Positions 1-13,228 of a DNA stretch of 64,000 nt are shown piece after piece. The notes under the pieces are model-generated. The model saw nothing but the letters and a program-made list of their open reading frames with translations, did no database searches and was not told the DNA's origin. The stretch comes from Callorhinchus milii (Eukaryota): positions 80,664,001 to 80,728,000 of the forward strand of contig NW_024704742.1 in assembly GCF_018977255.1 (NCBI RefSeq), read 5' to 3'. Numbering within the stretch: position 1 is the first letter of the stretch; the number at the start of each line of letters is the position of its first letter. Position numbers and translations under genes: made by a program.

Positions 1-231
1 GTGAATCAATGCCTTATCGTCTTACTCAGGAAAACGTTATATGGGGCCAATTGCTTAACCTGGACTTTGCAATGAGTGACCAGTGCTGCACTCAGATCCC
101 TCATTGCTCTACGTGAACCAGATTCATAACTGGCAGAACACAAATTTTGCAAATAATTAGTTATATCAACAAACTGAAATCAGGAAAATAAAGTGCACAG
201 TAAGATTTTCTAATCCAATTATATCACTTGA

Positions 232-530
232 GTGTAGAAAACATTGTAATTTTGGAGGTGCCATCTTTCTGTTTACTGTTGAACCAAGACCCCTTTCCAG
301 GCAGATATTAAAAGATTCTGCAGCACTACTCAAAAAGAAATGTGAGTTTTTCCCAGTGCCCTGGCCAACAATCCTCCAAAACAAAATTGGTCACTCATTT
401 CATGGCTGTTGATGGGACATTGCTTCTTTGCCTGCAGTACAATCACAACACTTTGCAGTGAATGCTATAAAGTATTTGAGATGTCCTTCTGACATGAAAG
501 ATACTATAATGAAATGTAAAGATTATTAAT
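232..530 (+). mobile_element. Degraded Deu-domain SINE with L2-type 3' tail
   Basis: GGAGGTGCCATCTTTC...TTCCCAGTGCCCTGGCCAACAAT core, similar to the fuller copy at 29160-29607, followed by a decayed stem-loop tail. Confidence 0.7.
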
Positions 531-704
531 ATTTATGAGAGTTCATCAATCATTCAGTCCCCTTTGCTTTCTTAATCAAGATCAAATCAGAATTAAGACA
601 TCATTTAGAAAATTAGTAGTGAAACAAAGGTACTCCCATTCCAGCATACCCATATACAAGTAGAGAGAACCACCACTTTTCTCAAATGGCACTTTAACAG
701 CAAC

Positions 705-840
705 CAGAAGAGGGAATCTTAGCTATTTTCCCCCTCCCAAGCCCAATCACCCGGAGGTCAACTATAATGCTTTAACTGCTGACTCAACTGAAAACATCTA
801 ATTCAGCGCACATCAAGAATTGTACCTAAGACTTTTAGGT
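705..840 (-). mobile_element. Ancient SINE fragment (AmnSINE2-like)
   Basis: TTTTCCCCTCCC...CAACT...CTAATTCAGC resembles the reverse complement of a recalled AmnSINE2-like consensus; strongly diverged. Confidence 0.35.
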
Positions 841-1036
841 GAGAGCAATCAATCAGTTCTTGACATGTGTTTTTCCTACAGTTCCGTCAAGCTCGCTATG
901 AAGTGAAACACAGGAAAAAACCCAGTTGACAAAAGTAAATACAATGGATACGTCTTATTCTTTGGTGTCCTGGCACAAATTTGTTTGCTAACCTCATGGT
1001 ACATTGTTATTTTGCTTGTTGTTGCTTCTGTCCAAC

Positions 1037-1680
1037 CCTGCTGAAACTCTGGTCCACGCCTTTATCACCTCAAGGCAGGACTATGGGAACTCTCTCCTCG
1101 CCGGCCTTCCCGGCACCTCCCTCCACAAGCTGCAGGTCATTCAGAACTCTGCAGCTCGTGTACTGTCCCGCACCAGGCTTCGGGACCACATCACTCCCAC
1201 CCTCGCTCGCCTCCACTGGCTCCCGATACCCCAGACGATCGAATTCAAGATCCTCATACTCACCTACAAGGCCATTCATGGCCTTGCTCCCTCCTACCTC
1301 TCCGACCTACTATCCCCCTACCTACCTGCCCGTTACCCTCCGTTCCTCTGGCTCCGGTCTGCTCCACATCCCCCGCCCCAACCGCCCTACCTTCGGTGGT
1401 CGGGCCTTGAGCCTCTCAGCCCCGAGGCTCTGGAACTCTATCCCCGAGTGCCTTCGCCGCCTCCTCCCTTTCCTCCTTCAAGGCCGGTCTCAAGACCTTT
1501 CTCTTTGACCGTGCTTTCAGCTCCCCTCTCGACTCTCTACCCCCTCCTCGCTCCCTCCCTTCCCTCCCCTCACCCTGACCATTTACCCCCTGCTCAGGTC
1601 CCGACCCAACTGTCCAGCACCTTGGGACGTCCTCCCGACATGAAAGGCGCTCTATAAATGAAATCTTGTTGTTGTTGTTT
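1037..1680 (+). mobile_element. L2 LINE 3' fragment, young subfamily
   Basis: [51 protein letters not shown]; 3' stem-loop and (TTG)n tail; near-identical to 28226-28875 and 50648-51442. Confidence 0.95.
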
Positions 1681-3574
1681 TTATTTATCCTTGTTTAATA
1701 TAAACATTATAAAAAGATAACTTTTTAGTGAGCACAAAATGACACATAGATCTATATATGTCATGCAATAATATGGTCTAATTATTTTAATTTTGGGCTA
1801 CATTTGTCAAATACTTTGTTATATTTAGTAGTAGAAGCAAGTGGCTAAAATAATGACAACCGGATTGCTGAGTATTCTTTAGATTTGAAATATCTCATAT
1901 CCTTATTAGCCTTAGGACAATTGTCTTAAAATTTAAGACTGTAGAACATTTTCAAAAATTCAATTCAGGCTTATCTTGGATGTAAATTCCACCTCCCCCA
2001 CCCCCATCCACCCCCCACCCACACACAAAAAAGCCCCAAAAGCTAACTTTACAAAATTAAACCTAAGTGAATTTTTTAAAAAAATGATGCATAATGTTAA
2101 ATTTTAATGGAGCATTCTTAAATCTAATATCATGAGAAATATTGAGCTGGGAGAGGGAACAAACTTGGCAAAGTGCAAGATCCTTTTACAATTCAGGTTA
2201 TTTTTCTCCTAAATCCACATGGGGATTAATTATCCACTTGACATTTGTGGCGGTGCTTCGTAAATTTTTCATTTCTGCAGCTGTTACTGACACAGCAATA
2301 TGAACCAGTAGTAAATCCAGAGTAACTCTGGCCTTTACCTTCTGCCCAATAGTTCTTATGGGTCTTTCTACCTTTTGGAATTCAAAAATAAAAAGAGAGT
2401 TCTTTTGCTTTTGGGGATAGAGATGATCTGAATTGCGGGATGCTATTGAACTGGTTTAGGAGATGATTTTGGTTCTAATTTACAACAGGCTTAAGTGAGT
2501 ATAATGAAGAGCTCCCTCTCTAACTCTCTATCACTTCCAACCAGACTTTTCAGAGCGGTGAGGCTCCTGCGAATTGGCAGACACTAGGGAACCAGAGAAG
2601 CTACAAGTGGTGGTCAAAATGCTTAATGCATGCTGTAAAAGACCCAAAAGAGAAAAGATGAAGGCTGCATTAAATGGGCCCGAGGGAAGCGAGAAGGTTA
2701 GTTGCTCTGTAATTTGGAGAAATAAAGGGAAAACTGCAGAAGTTGGAAATCTGAAACATAATACAAACCACAGTAGTCAATGGACATCCATCAGACCTTT
2801 ATTGGAACTGGGGGGGTTCAGTGTTATTAAAACACACTTGTATTAACAAGTTGGGGATGAACTATGTGACATTTCATAACCGATTCAATCTGTTAAGCTG
2901 CTGTCAAGACTGTGATTGAAGAATGTGGCTGTTGAGCAAAGGACCATGTGGTTCATTCAGTCACCATTTTTAAGGGATAAAGAAAAAAGTTTGACATTTC
3001 ATGAAAGTTACCATGTGATAGTTATTATATTGACATATTATATCTGTTACATTGCATCACCTTTTTTCATCCCTATTAAGATGAAATGAACGGGTGTTAA
3101 ATCAGCTCCGAGGAGTCATTATTTGCCCAGATCCCTACAAAGATCTCTTTTTACAGACGAGAGGTTGAGAAAGCACTCTCAACGAGTGTGAACTCCATGT
3201 AAAAACTGTGAAAAGTGCTTCACAAAGTCATTTTAGATATCCAAAGACAAAGTGTGCTTGCGTTCTTCTGTGCAGTAAAGTTTCAAGATAAATTGAGTTT
3301 CCTGTGCAGCTCAAATGAAAAACAACGATGACAGTAATATCATATTAAATAGTCACAATAGGCAAATCACCTATGTCTAATATTTCTGAGTGTGCTTTAG
3401 TATTGCTTGCAGTAGCACCATACTTTCTGCTGTAACAACAGTACTTGCATTATCATTAAAATTCATTTAAAATGTTTGAATGCCTAATTGCTGTATCTTC
3501 GAACATTGTCTCGCACATAATTTGCTATTGTTGTTACATTAAGTCAATAATAACAGCAATTTATATTTATAAAT

Positions 3575-3720
3575 TCTTTGACCGCGCCTTCGGCCACCCT
3601 TCTACCCTCCCTGTCTTCCACCCTCCCTGAAGCTAACCCCACCTATCCCTGACAGGCCAGTGCCTTGGGACATCCTCCCGATGTGAAAAGTGCTATACAA
3701 ATGTAATTTTTTATTGTATA
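3575..3720 (+). mobile_element. L2 3' end
   Basis: TTTGACCGCGCCTTC...GTGCCTTGGGACATCCTCCCGATGTGAAAAGTGCTATACAAATG. Confidence 0.85.
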
Positions 3721-4080
3721 CACTAACAACAATTTACATTCTTACATACATTTTCCTCTCCTCTGCTCGCCCCCTCCATTCAGTTAACCCGGGCCTGATG
3801 CTAGTCTCTGTCCTCTGCACTATTATGGCTGAGCAAGTTGAGCCAAATGATGTTTGGGGTGATGGGAGAGGACACAGGCTATAGAGTTCTGGATGGTCTG
3901 TAGCATGTGTAGGGAGGAGCTGAGGAATCTGTTGAGTAAGGCATTGGAATAATCGAGCCTGAACATGATGAAGATAAATTATATAAATGCAGATAGTTGT
4001 TGTTTTTGTTGAAGGATTTGATGAGGGTTTTGGCAGCCTGGGGAAGCTTCTATCTAAAACAGTGTTCGAGATGGTGCTGT

Positions 4081-4393
4081 AATAATAATAATAATCCTTG
4101 CATTTGATATAGCGCTTTTCACGTCGGGAGGACGTCCCAAAGCGCTTCACAGAACACACTGTAAAGTGAATTGACTGTATATTTGTGGGCGAACGCGGCA
4201 GCCAATTGCGCACTGCAATGTCCCACAAACAGTCGTATATTGAAAATGACCAATTTATTATTGTTTTTGGAGGGATTATTATTAGGTGTGTGGAGTAAGG
4301 AAATTTGCCCAAGGTTTCGCCCTGTGCCTGGAATTGAACTCAGGTCTCTCACTTGCAAAGCGAGTGCTCTAACCACTGAGCTACAGGACTCCA
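4081..4393 (-). mobile_element. Full-length tRNA-Ala-derived SINE with L2-type tail
   Basis: Minus strand: A box TAGCTCAGTGG, TTTGCAA anticodon loop, B box GAGTTCAATTCC, 3' stem-loop, (ATT)n tail; matches 21477-21787 and 32644-32950. Confidence 0.93.
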
Positions 4394-6049
4394 CGAGCTA
4401 CAGGACTTCACATCAAGCAGGGAGGATGGTTAAGGAAGGAGCTAGCTTTAGGCACAGTTGAAAAGGTGGATTTTAAAGAGAGGTAGAGAGGAGTCAAGAT
4501 GGAAGGATTTAGGGAAGGAGTTTCACAAGACATTTTCATCTTGAGTTGGCCATCGATGGGGTAGACAGGGTGAGTAATTTGCACCGAAAGAAGTGGGCGG
4601 GCAAGAGAGTAAAATTGGATTAGGTCCCACAGGTAAGGAGGAGAATGTGTGATGTTCTGAATGTTAAGTAATAAATAAAAGTTTCATATTACTAACGTAA
4701 AAATTATACTTTGCTGCCTGATTTCCTCTGCTTTACAACATGACTTATAAAAATATATTTCCCGTGCATCAGACTGGGACTAAAATATGCAGTTGAATAG
4801 AAATATGTACTGATTTTCTCCTTTTTCTCAAAATGTCACAGCAAAACATTTTTGTCTGACGCATGGTGTTGCTTGGCACATTCCCATTGGTTAATGAAGT
4901 AACAAACAATATTCCCGTCCAACAACACCTTATTGTACAATATATAATGTGCTGGAACATCTGTTACACCTCAGGGATGTGAATTGTATGTCTGTTAACT
5001 TTGTCAACTTGTGTTAGTCATGATTCTATCACATTATTCCTCACTGTCAGCTAATATCTTTTCATTGACTAATGGACTGTCATATTCTTCATTTTAAAAT
5101 ATGGATATCTGGTTAGGGATGGGATTAAGGGTTGAAAGAATACATAAAGATACTTAAATGCTATCAGAGATGTAATGCTCATGAAATGTTGGAGAAATCA
5201 AAATAATAAAAATAATATCCTTGCATTTGATACAGCACCTGTCAAGCACCCCAGAACACTACCCCATGCCAAGGGCACTATATAAATTCAAGTTGTTGTA
5301 GTTGTCATGTCAGGGAGAGATCGCAAAATGCTTAACAGGATTTAAACTGTAAAATGTAGTGACTAGGTTTTTTTTGCATTTTCATCCGAAACAAGGAAGT
5401 TAACTGTCAAATACATTTAAAGTGGTCAGTCAATAAGTATTTAGGAAGTTTGCTTGATTTACCATTGAAAGCAAAACGAAACATTGCAGAAGCCTTTATT
5501 TAGAAGATTGGATGAGTTGGATGGAATAAATGACAAACCAGATTAAACATGGTGTGTGTAAGGAATGGCCTTGATAGGTTGAATTGTTATTTATTTTGTG
5601 CTTCATTCTTTAATGTTCTTATTGTCAATACAAAGTGAACTAAAGCATGCTGAATGTGCGTTCTATGAGGTGGGGAAAGAAAGTGTTTTGAATGCACAGC
5701 TGAATGAAAAACAAAACAAATCTTGCTGAATGCACAAGAATCCATTGCGAGGAAAGCATTAATGTCAAATCCAAAAGTAACAAAAGGATATGGAATTCAC
5801 ACTCAGTACACACTGATAAGCAAAGCCAAGGCAAATGTGAAATAAAATGAGCTGAAACCATCTTAAGTTCATAATGAGATATAACGGACTGAACACGGAA
5901 TGAAATTAAGTATTTCAATTCCATGTCAAACACAAAGGGAGAACAATCATGAGGATTATACATTTGAATATAAGAGCTGAATCCTATGTTAAATAAAATA
6001 TGCTGAACTCTTAAAAAAATGCGAAGTCAAACAAACAAGCACTTAGAAT

Positions 6050-6290
6050 TTTAGATATTTCTTGTGACTGAAGTTGATTTAGCCATAAATTGAAGTGAAC
6101 TAGTTGTAGCGAGGCATTGTTTCCGGCTCCATAGTTCTTGCAAGTCAGTTCACTAATTAGAATTAAGTAATAAAAAAAATCAATACTTTAACTGCAAGAA
6201 AATTAAAGATGTATAGAACTGACCGTTCTGATGAGAGTTAGAAAAGCATCATCAACCTATTGATTTGAAGTGAAAGTAAATGCAATAATG
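6050..6290 (+). mobile_element. Possible very decayed hAT transposase C-terminal (dimerisation) region
   Basis: Frameshifted reading SELVVA/ALFPAP..SSLIRIK..LTVLMRV..Y*FE loosely fits the hAT pattern LxxxALxxPxS..FSxxxRIK..LxxLMRI..FDF. Confidence 0.25.
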
Positions 6291-6440
6291 CCGTATTCTC
6301 AGCAGTGTACAAGCAAAGAAACTGAATGCTGACTTCATAAAATGCCTGCGGGGCAAGTAATTACAGCAGCGACAATGTAAGATCAAGAGCAGTTAAGGGA
6401 AACAAGTGATAAAGATATCATCATCAGTATAGGCAATTGA

Positions 6441-7084
6441 TAATAACAATAACAACAAAATTACATTTGTATAACGCCTTTCAATTTGGGAGGACGTCCC
6501 AAGGTGCTGGACTGTCAGAGTTTTGGACCTGAGCTGGGGGTCAGAATTGGGGAAAGCGAAGGGGAGGGGGGGAAGCAGGGTAATCGAAAACACGGTCAAG
6601 CGAGGGGGTGAGGTGGAGGGTCTGTAGGATGGAGGGTGGGGGCAGAGTAGCTGAAGGCCCGCCTGCCAATGGTGGGGTGGGCGAAGCAAGGGGACATGAA
6701 GCAGGCCAGAGCTCGCTGAGCGGAGCGAGTGGGCGGTATGGTAGGGGATTCAGAGGTTGCAGAGGGAGTGGGGAGAAAGGCGGTGGAGAGCTTTGAAGGT
6801 GAAGACCAGGATCTTGAAATGTGTCCTCTGTGTGATGGGAAGCCAGTGGAGTTGGGCGAGGATGGGGTTGATAAGGTCACGGAGCCTGGTTCAGGAGATG
6901 ACATGGGTTGCAAAGTTCTGGGTGATCTGCAGCCTGTGGAGGGAGGAGTTGGGGAGGCCGACAAGCAAAGTGTTCGCATAGTCAAGCCTGGATGTTATGA
7001 ATGCGTGTATGGGGATTTTGACGGCCTGCAGTGTGAGACAGTGGCGGAGCCGGGTAATGTTGCGGAGGTGGAGGAAGGCAGAGT
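6441..7084 (-). mobile_element. L2 LINE 3' fragment
   Basis: Frameshifted ORF2 C-terminal homology plus 3' stem-loop tail. Confidence 0.9.
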
Positions 7085-8824
7085 GATAAGTGTTTACCTT
7101 ATTGACAATCTCATCGCCACTCCACTACCCGCCTCGAAGTATGCAGAAGGATGGTAAATGGTAGTTACTGATTAAAACTCAGATACATCGCATAATGAAA
7201 CTGAATTTTATCATCTGTATTCCCTTGAAGAACTAAATAATTAGAAATTCTTATGATGATCTAATGCTTCCAGTTATTTTCTAGGCTATTATTGTACTTT
7301 TTTAATTTAAAGGTATTTTTATTGGAACAGTAAGAGCTAATGGGTGAGGGAGGGGTAATTGTTAAGAATTCCAATGCAAGGGACATGACTAACTTAACCT
7401 CAACTCTCCAAAGAGCAGGAGATAATAATTCCACCTTTTGGTGTTCATTCAACTCTCTCACACTGGCAAATAGGCAGTTTTTCAATGATATTAATAACAC
7501 ACTTATTAAATTCGGACAGTGTAAAAAGGAAGCTTAGATCACAGCCAGTGCTCATCGAAATGCAGTGTGCAAAACCAGGGGAATCTGAGGTCATAGCAAA
7601 AGTACAGTGTTAAAGACCATAGGAAATAAAGCCATCCCTCCAGCAAGTATTAACGTCTTGGGTTCATCCTCCCAACGTGAAGGGCACTATACAAACGTAA
7701 TTTTGTATTGTATCGTACTCCTGCTATCTAAAATCTTCACAGAGCATCCTATTTCTTTTTGAATGTTTTCTGTTTCTACCTCTACTTTCCTATCTTATAG
7801 ATTTTTCGAAACGTCAGTTTTTGAAAGAAAATTATAAGTACATCCTGGTTCTTGTGTACATCCTTGTTACAACTGCAGTGAGCATCCTTCCAATGAAAAA
7901 TAATTTTGAGCGTAATATTTGGGATATACTGTTAAGTGCAGTGGCTGTGTGTTTTGTAGGTGAATGCCACAAAAAACAACATGGAGGTGAACGATCATTG
8001 ATTTTTTTGAGGGAGATTAGATTAGATAAACCAATTGTCTGATCTTTTCTGTAAAAATTATTCATTAATAATAATAATAATCCTTGCATTTGATACAGCG
8101 CCTTATCATGTCTTTGAGACATCTCAAAGCGCTTCGCAGAATATACTGTAAAGTACAGTATAAAAATATACTGTATATTCTGTGGGTGAAACGTTACAAT
8201 GTCACAAAATCCTTCTGCTTATCCAGTTGGATGATGAATATTTCTCACTCTAGTGTAGAAATTTGACTTCACCATAACAAATCTCACCCTTCCACTGGGA
8301 CTCTTAGTCACACAAGATCTGCGGCCCTATTGATCTCTCTTGGTTAACTATCTTTATACAAACTAACAAATATGAAGTTAACTTGCTCAGCAGTTACTCA
8401 GCACTTAAACCTTATGATGATTTTACTGGAAGTCAGCCAGTGCTATTAACTGAATCCATCCTTTGTAATTGCTTAATGGGAGCTTTCTAAATGCAGTATC
8501 TTTAGGACCTAACTATTTCTCCTCAGTATGACAGATGTACTCTTTCTCAAACAGATAATGATATAAAATGAATGTTTTAAGAACACGAGGTAATTCGTTT
8601 TCAAGAACTGCCAATTTAGCCACTTCACACAAGGGCTAATTGGCTTTATATTTTAGGAATTTAACTTACCTATTGTTCATCTTCGGTTATGGTATTAAAG
8701 AAGGACTTAATATACGATTTGAAATCTAACAGCCTTAAGAGGGTGAATTTCTTCATGTTGCTAAATATAGCAATAGATATAATGGTGTCATAAACCTTCG
8801 TCCACACATTCATCCCATGTAAGC

Positions 8825-10150
8825 TAACAACAACAACAGCAAGATTACATTTGTATTGCGCCTTTCACGCCGGGAGAACGTCCCAAGGCGCTGGACAAAG
8901 TACAGCATTTCAGACCCGAGCTGGGGTCAGGGAGGGAGAAGGGAGGGGAAGGGAAGGGGGGGTGATCGATGGCATGGTCAAACAGTAGCGTTTTGAGGCA
9001 GAACTTGAAGGAGGCTAAGGAGGGGGCGAGGCGGAGTGATTGGGGGATGGAATTCCAGAGTCTGGGGGCAGAATGGCTGAAGGCTCTCCTACCAATGGTG
9101 GGGTGGGTGGGTCAGGGGACATGGGGCAGGCTGGAGCCAGTTGAGTGGAGGGAGCGGGTGGGTTGGTAGCGGGTTAGGAGGTCACAGAGGTAGGGTGGGG
9201 CGAGACCATTGAGGGCTTTGTAGGTGAGGACGAGGATCTTGAACTGGATCCTCTGAAGGATAGAGAGCCAATGGAGTCGGACGAGAATTGGGGTGATAGG
9301 GCGCGAAGTTTGGTGCGGGAGAGGACACGGGCTGCAGAGTTCTGGATTATCTGCAGCCAGGGAAGGGAGGACTTGGGAAGGCCGACAAGCAGGAAGTTTG
9401 CAAAGTCGAGCCTGGAGGTGATGAAGGCATGAACAAGAGTTTCAGTGGCCTGAGGGGTGAGGTAGTGGCGGAGTCGGGCGATGTTACGGAGGTGAGGGAA
9501 GGCAGAGCGGGTCATGGCTTGGATGTGGGGGAGAAAAGACAGTTGAGGGTCGAACAAGACACCTAGGTTCCTGACTGGCTTGGTGAGTTGTAGTGAGCAA
9601 CCATGGAGGTTGATGGTGCCAGAGCCTGAGGTGCTGAGGCGCTGGCGCGAGCCAATCAGGAGGGTCTCAGTCTTGTTCATATTCAACTGTAGGAAATTTG
9701 CCCTCATCCAGGACTTGGTGTCCAACAGGCAGTCTGTCAGGACAGCAGTGGTCCTGGAGTTGAGGGTGGAGGCAGAAAGATAGAGTTGGGTGTCATCTGC
9801 ATGCATGTGGAAGTTGACTCTATGTCTGCGGATGATGTCACCAAGGGGGAGCATGTAGATATCAAAGAGGAGAGGGCCAAGGATAGAGCCCTGGGGGATG
9901 CCAGATGTGACAGTGCGGGGGCTGGAGCAGAAACCGTTAGAGGCAACAAAGTGGCGATGGTGAGACAGATAGGATTTGATCCAGGCAAGGGCAGGTCCAC
10001 AGAGATTAAGTAAAGAGAAAAGGCGGTGTGAGGATGGAGTGGTCGACAGTGTCGAAGGCAGCAGAGAGGTCGAGGAGAACAAGGAGGCAGAGGGAGCCCT
10101 GATCACAGATGTTCAGAATGTCATTAGTGATTTTGACCAGGGCTGTTTTT
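8825..10150 (-). mobile_element. L2 LINE fragment with RT core
   Basis: [51 protein letters not shown]; (TTG)n tail at 8825. Confidence 0.95.
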
Positions 10151-10154
10151 AAAC

Positions 10155-10712
10155 TCCGTCAACTCCCTGCTTGTCGGCTTCCCAACTCTTCCCTCCACAA
10201 ACTGCAGGTCATCCAGAACTCTGCAAGCCCATGTCCTCTCCTGCATCAGGCTCCGTGACCCCATCAACTCACCCTTGCCCGGCTCCACTGGTTCCCCATC
10301 CCCCAGAGGATAAAGTTCAAAATCCTTGTCCTCTCCTTCAAGGCTCTCCATGACCTTGCTCCCTCCCTACCTCTGTGATCTACTGACTCCTTATCAACCT
10401 GTCCACTTCGTCCTCTCAGCAGGTTGTTCCACATCCCCCGCCCGGCTCGCCCCACCATCTAGGGTCAGCCCTTCAGCCTTCCTGCCCAAATCCTATAGAA
10501 CTCCATGCCACATACTCTTTGCCTCGCTCCCTCCCTTACCTCCTTGAAGGCACACCTCAAAACCCTTTTCTTCGAACGAATCTTCAGCCATCCTCATAAC
10601 CTCCCTGCCCACCACCCTCCCCGACTCCCAGTTCATGTCCAAATCTCTGACTGTCCAGTCCTTTGTGATGTCCTCCCAAAATGAAAGGCGCTATACAAAT
10701 GCAATTGATAGT
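10155..10712 (+). mobile_element. L2 LINE 3' fragment
   Basis: [17 protein letters not shown] homology; decayed stem-loop tail. Confidence 0.9.
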
Positions 10713-11759
10713 TTTTTTAGGTTGAATTTGAAGGTAGAGAGGGAAGTTGTGAGATGAAGAGGTTTAGAGAAAGAGTTCCAGAGAATTCTGAAGGCTCACC
10801 TACCGACGGTGGGACAGGGGGATATGTAGCAGTCCTGAGTTGGCTGGGGGAGTGGGCAAGATCATTGCTCTGACATTCCTAGTTCAGAAAATGACATTAA
10901 ACTCTTGATTTCAGCTTCTGTATGCAAAGACAGGGTATCGTCAGATTATGTGGGAAAGAATTCCACATGCACAAGAATGCGTGTGAAGCTTTTTGGCTAA
11001 CGTCTGTGTGGGCGTTTTGTACAGACAGAGAATATTCAGCTGCTACTGGAGCTGCTTCTCTTCTCCTCCCATAAACATGGTTTAAGTGTTGATGCTGTTT
11101 CCTCAGTCATGATCTTGTAGAGCTCTGAGAGCACAGGCACATAATAATAACATCCTTAATGCAGTAGAAAAATGGGAGACTGCAATATGTATTGAATATT
11201 TCCCTTACACCTTTTCCTCAGCTCCCCTCGACACAGACTTCTCGCCAATTCTGGGAAGTGCTTTGAGATGTCCTTTTGACATGAAATGTATATATATAAA
11301 TGTAAATTTGTTGCATTTGAGATGTAACAAATTAATTGAAAATATTCAATCCCTGAAGGGTTTTTAATAAAATTAAATTGATCACTGGTCAGACTTTGTG
11401 TGAAACAAGGGCTGTATTAAAATTGATTGCCACCTACCTATTGAAAGGTCTGTGCTTTAATTACAATCAATATAGGAACAGTAACCATATCATTGGTAAA
11501 GAATCTTGTTCAAACTCACTACAAGTCAATCTTTCTAATATTCCAAGTCACATTTCAGTATTGCCATTCCTGAAATCCAGCTTCATCCACACTTTAACAA
11601 AAAAAAACTTTATTTTATATAGCACCCTTCACATAGGGTAATGCCTTGGAACATAGGAACATATTACAAGGACAAGGTTCGACACTGAGTGAGAGGGGTG
11701 GGTGGGTGGGGGCTTGGGGGTGGGGGGGATTGCGGAGAGACCATAGGTGTATTAAAATA

Positions 11760-12610
11760 GCTAGGAATTTCCTGCAGTTGAATGTGAACAAGACTGAGGC
11801 CCTCCTGATTGGCTCGCGCCAGGATCTCAGCACCTCAGGCTCTGGCACCATCACCCTCCATGGTTGCAAACTACAACTCACCAAGCCAGTCAGGAACCTA
11901 GGTGTCTTGTTCGATTCTCAACTATCTTTTCTCCCCCACACATTCAAGCCATGACCCTCTCTGCCTTCCCTCACCTCCGTAACATCGCCTGACTCCGCCA
12001 ATACATCACCCCTCAGGCCGCTGAAACTCTTGTTCATGCCTTCATCACCTCCAGGCTCGGCTATGCAAACGCCCTGCTTGTCGGCCTTCCCAACTCCTCC
12101 CTCCACAGGCTGCAGATAATCCAGAACTCTGCAGCCCGTGTCCTCTCCCGCACCAAACTCCGGGAACCCATCTCCCCCACTCTCGCCCAACTCCATTGGC
12201 TCCCTATACTTCAGAGGATCCAGTTCAAGATCCTGGTCCTCACATACAAAGCCCTCCTTGGCCTCGCCCCACCCTACTTCTGTGACCTCCTAACCCCCTA
12301 CCAACACGCCCGCTCCGTCCGCTCAGCCGGCTCTGGCCTGCTCCATGTCCCCCGACCCAACCGCCCCACCATTGGCGGGAGAGCCTTCAGCCACTCTGCC
12401 CCCAACCTCTGGAATTCCATTGCCCAGTCACTCCTGAGCCTCCTTCAAGTCCCGTCTCAAGACCCTCCTCTTCGACCATCTCATCGGCCACCCCCCCTAC
12501 CTTCCCCCCCCCGACCCCAGCTCAGGTCTGAAATGCTGTACTCTGTCCAGTGCCTTGGGACGTCCTCCCGACGTGAAAGGCGCTATACAAATGTAATCTT
12601 CTTGTTGTAG
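11760..12610 (+). mobile_element. L2 LINE 3' fragment
   Basis: NFLQLNVNKTE, VRNLGVLFD; perfect tail GCCTTGGGACGTCCTCCCGACGTGAAAGGCGC. Confidence 0.95.
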
Positions 12611-13132
12611 GAATTAAGGCATTATGTAAAGCCAGAAAGAAAGGAAGCTAGAGAGAGGGAGTTGAAGAATGGTGTGACCGCTCTGACCAATGTGCTGTCA
12701 CCTTGAGCCAGGCTTTGCTTCTTTAGCAATGCCAGGCAATACTGCCTGTGCCCCCAAACAGAGTTTGATTCCAATGACTCAAGGGTCTGCTGCCTATGAG
12801 TTCCTCCTCCTCTTCCTCACCGCATCCTTCTGTGAAATGGGCTGTTGAAGAAGTTTCCATATAACTAGTGTCAAAGTAAAATGTGAAACTTACAGAGACT
12901 AACACTCACATACTACAATATTGTGTTGCTGTTTTGGTAGTACCACCGATCACATATCTTTAAATTAACTATGTTTCCATCATGTAATTACAACTCTAAT
13001 CACTAGTTTGTTGGTGCTCTGTAGTCAAATCACTCCAAACCCATTTCAATGGCTGCAGCCAGAAGCCAATCAAGATTGACAGTGCCTTTCATATGAGGAT
13101 CGCCCACAAAACAAACATTCACTCCACTTTAC

Positions 13133-13228
13133 GGTATTGGCCGAATGCAGATTCCGCTCGTTGCTGACCTGACTAATTCCATCTTGGAGGACTATGGTGT
13201 TCTGAAGGAAGATGAAGGAATTGCTTAC
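13133..13228 (+). pseudogene. 2-Cys peroxiredoxin (PRDX1/PRDX2-type) coding fragment
   Basis: Translates without stops to GIGRMQIPLVADLTNSILEDYGVLKEDEGIAY, matching the family segment GGLGxMxIPLxxDxxxxIxxDYGVLKxDEGIAYR; no splice sites; flanked by SINE tail sequence. Confidence 0.88.

Noticed and set aside
1920..1945. Palindromic TCTTAAAnTTTAAG motif, also near 22265 and 62218 (MITE remnant?)
   Set aside because: Too short and AT-rich to define termini or TSDs.
2545..2696. Exon-like segment with a voltage-sensor-like LFRAVRLLRIGR
   Set aside because: Stops in all three frames and no further channel homology; probably chance.
12723..12905. ORF with a poly-Glu run
   Set aside because: Driven by a short (GAG)n tract with no homology I can recognise.
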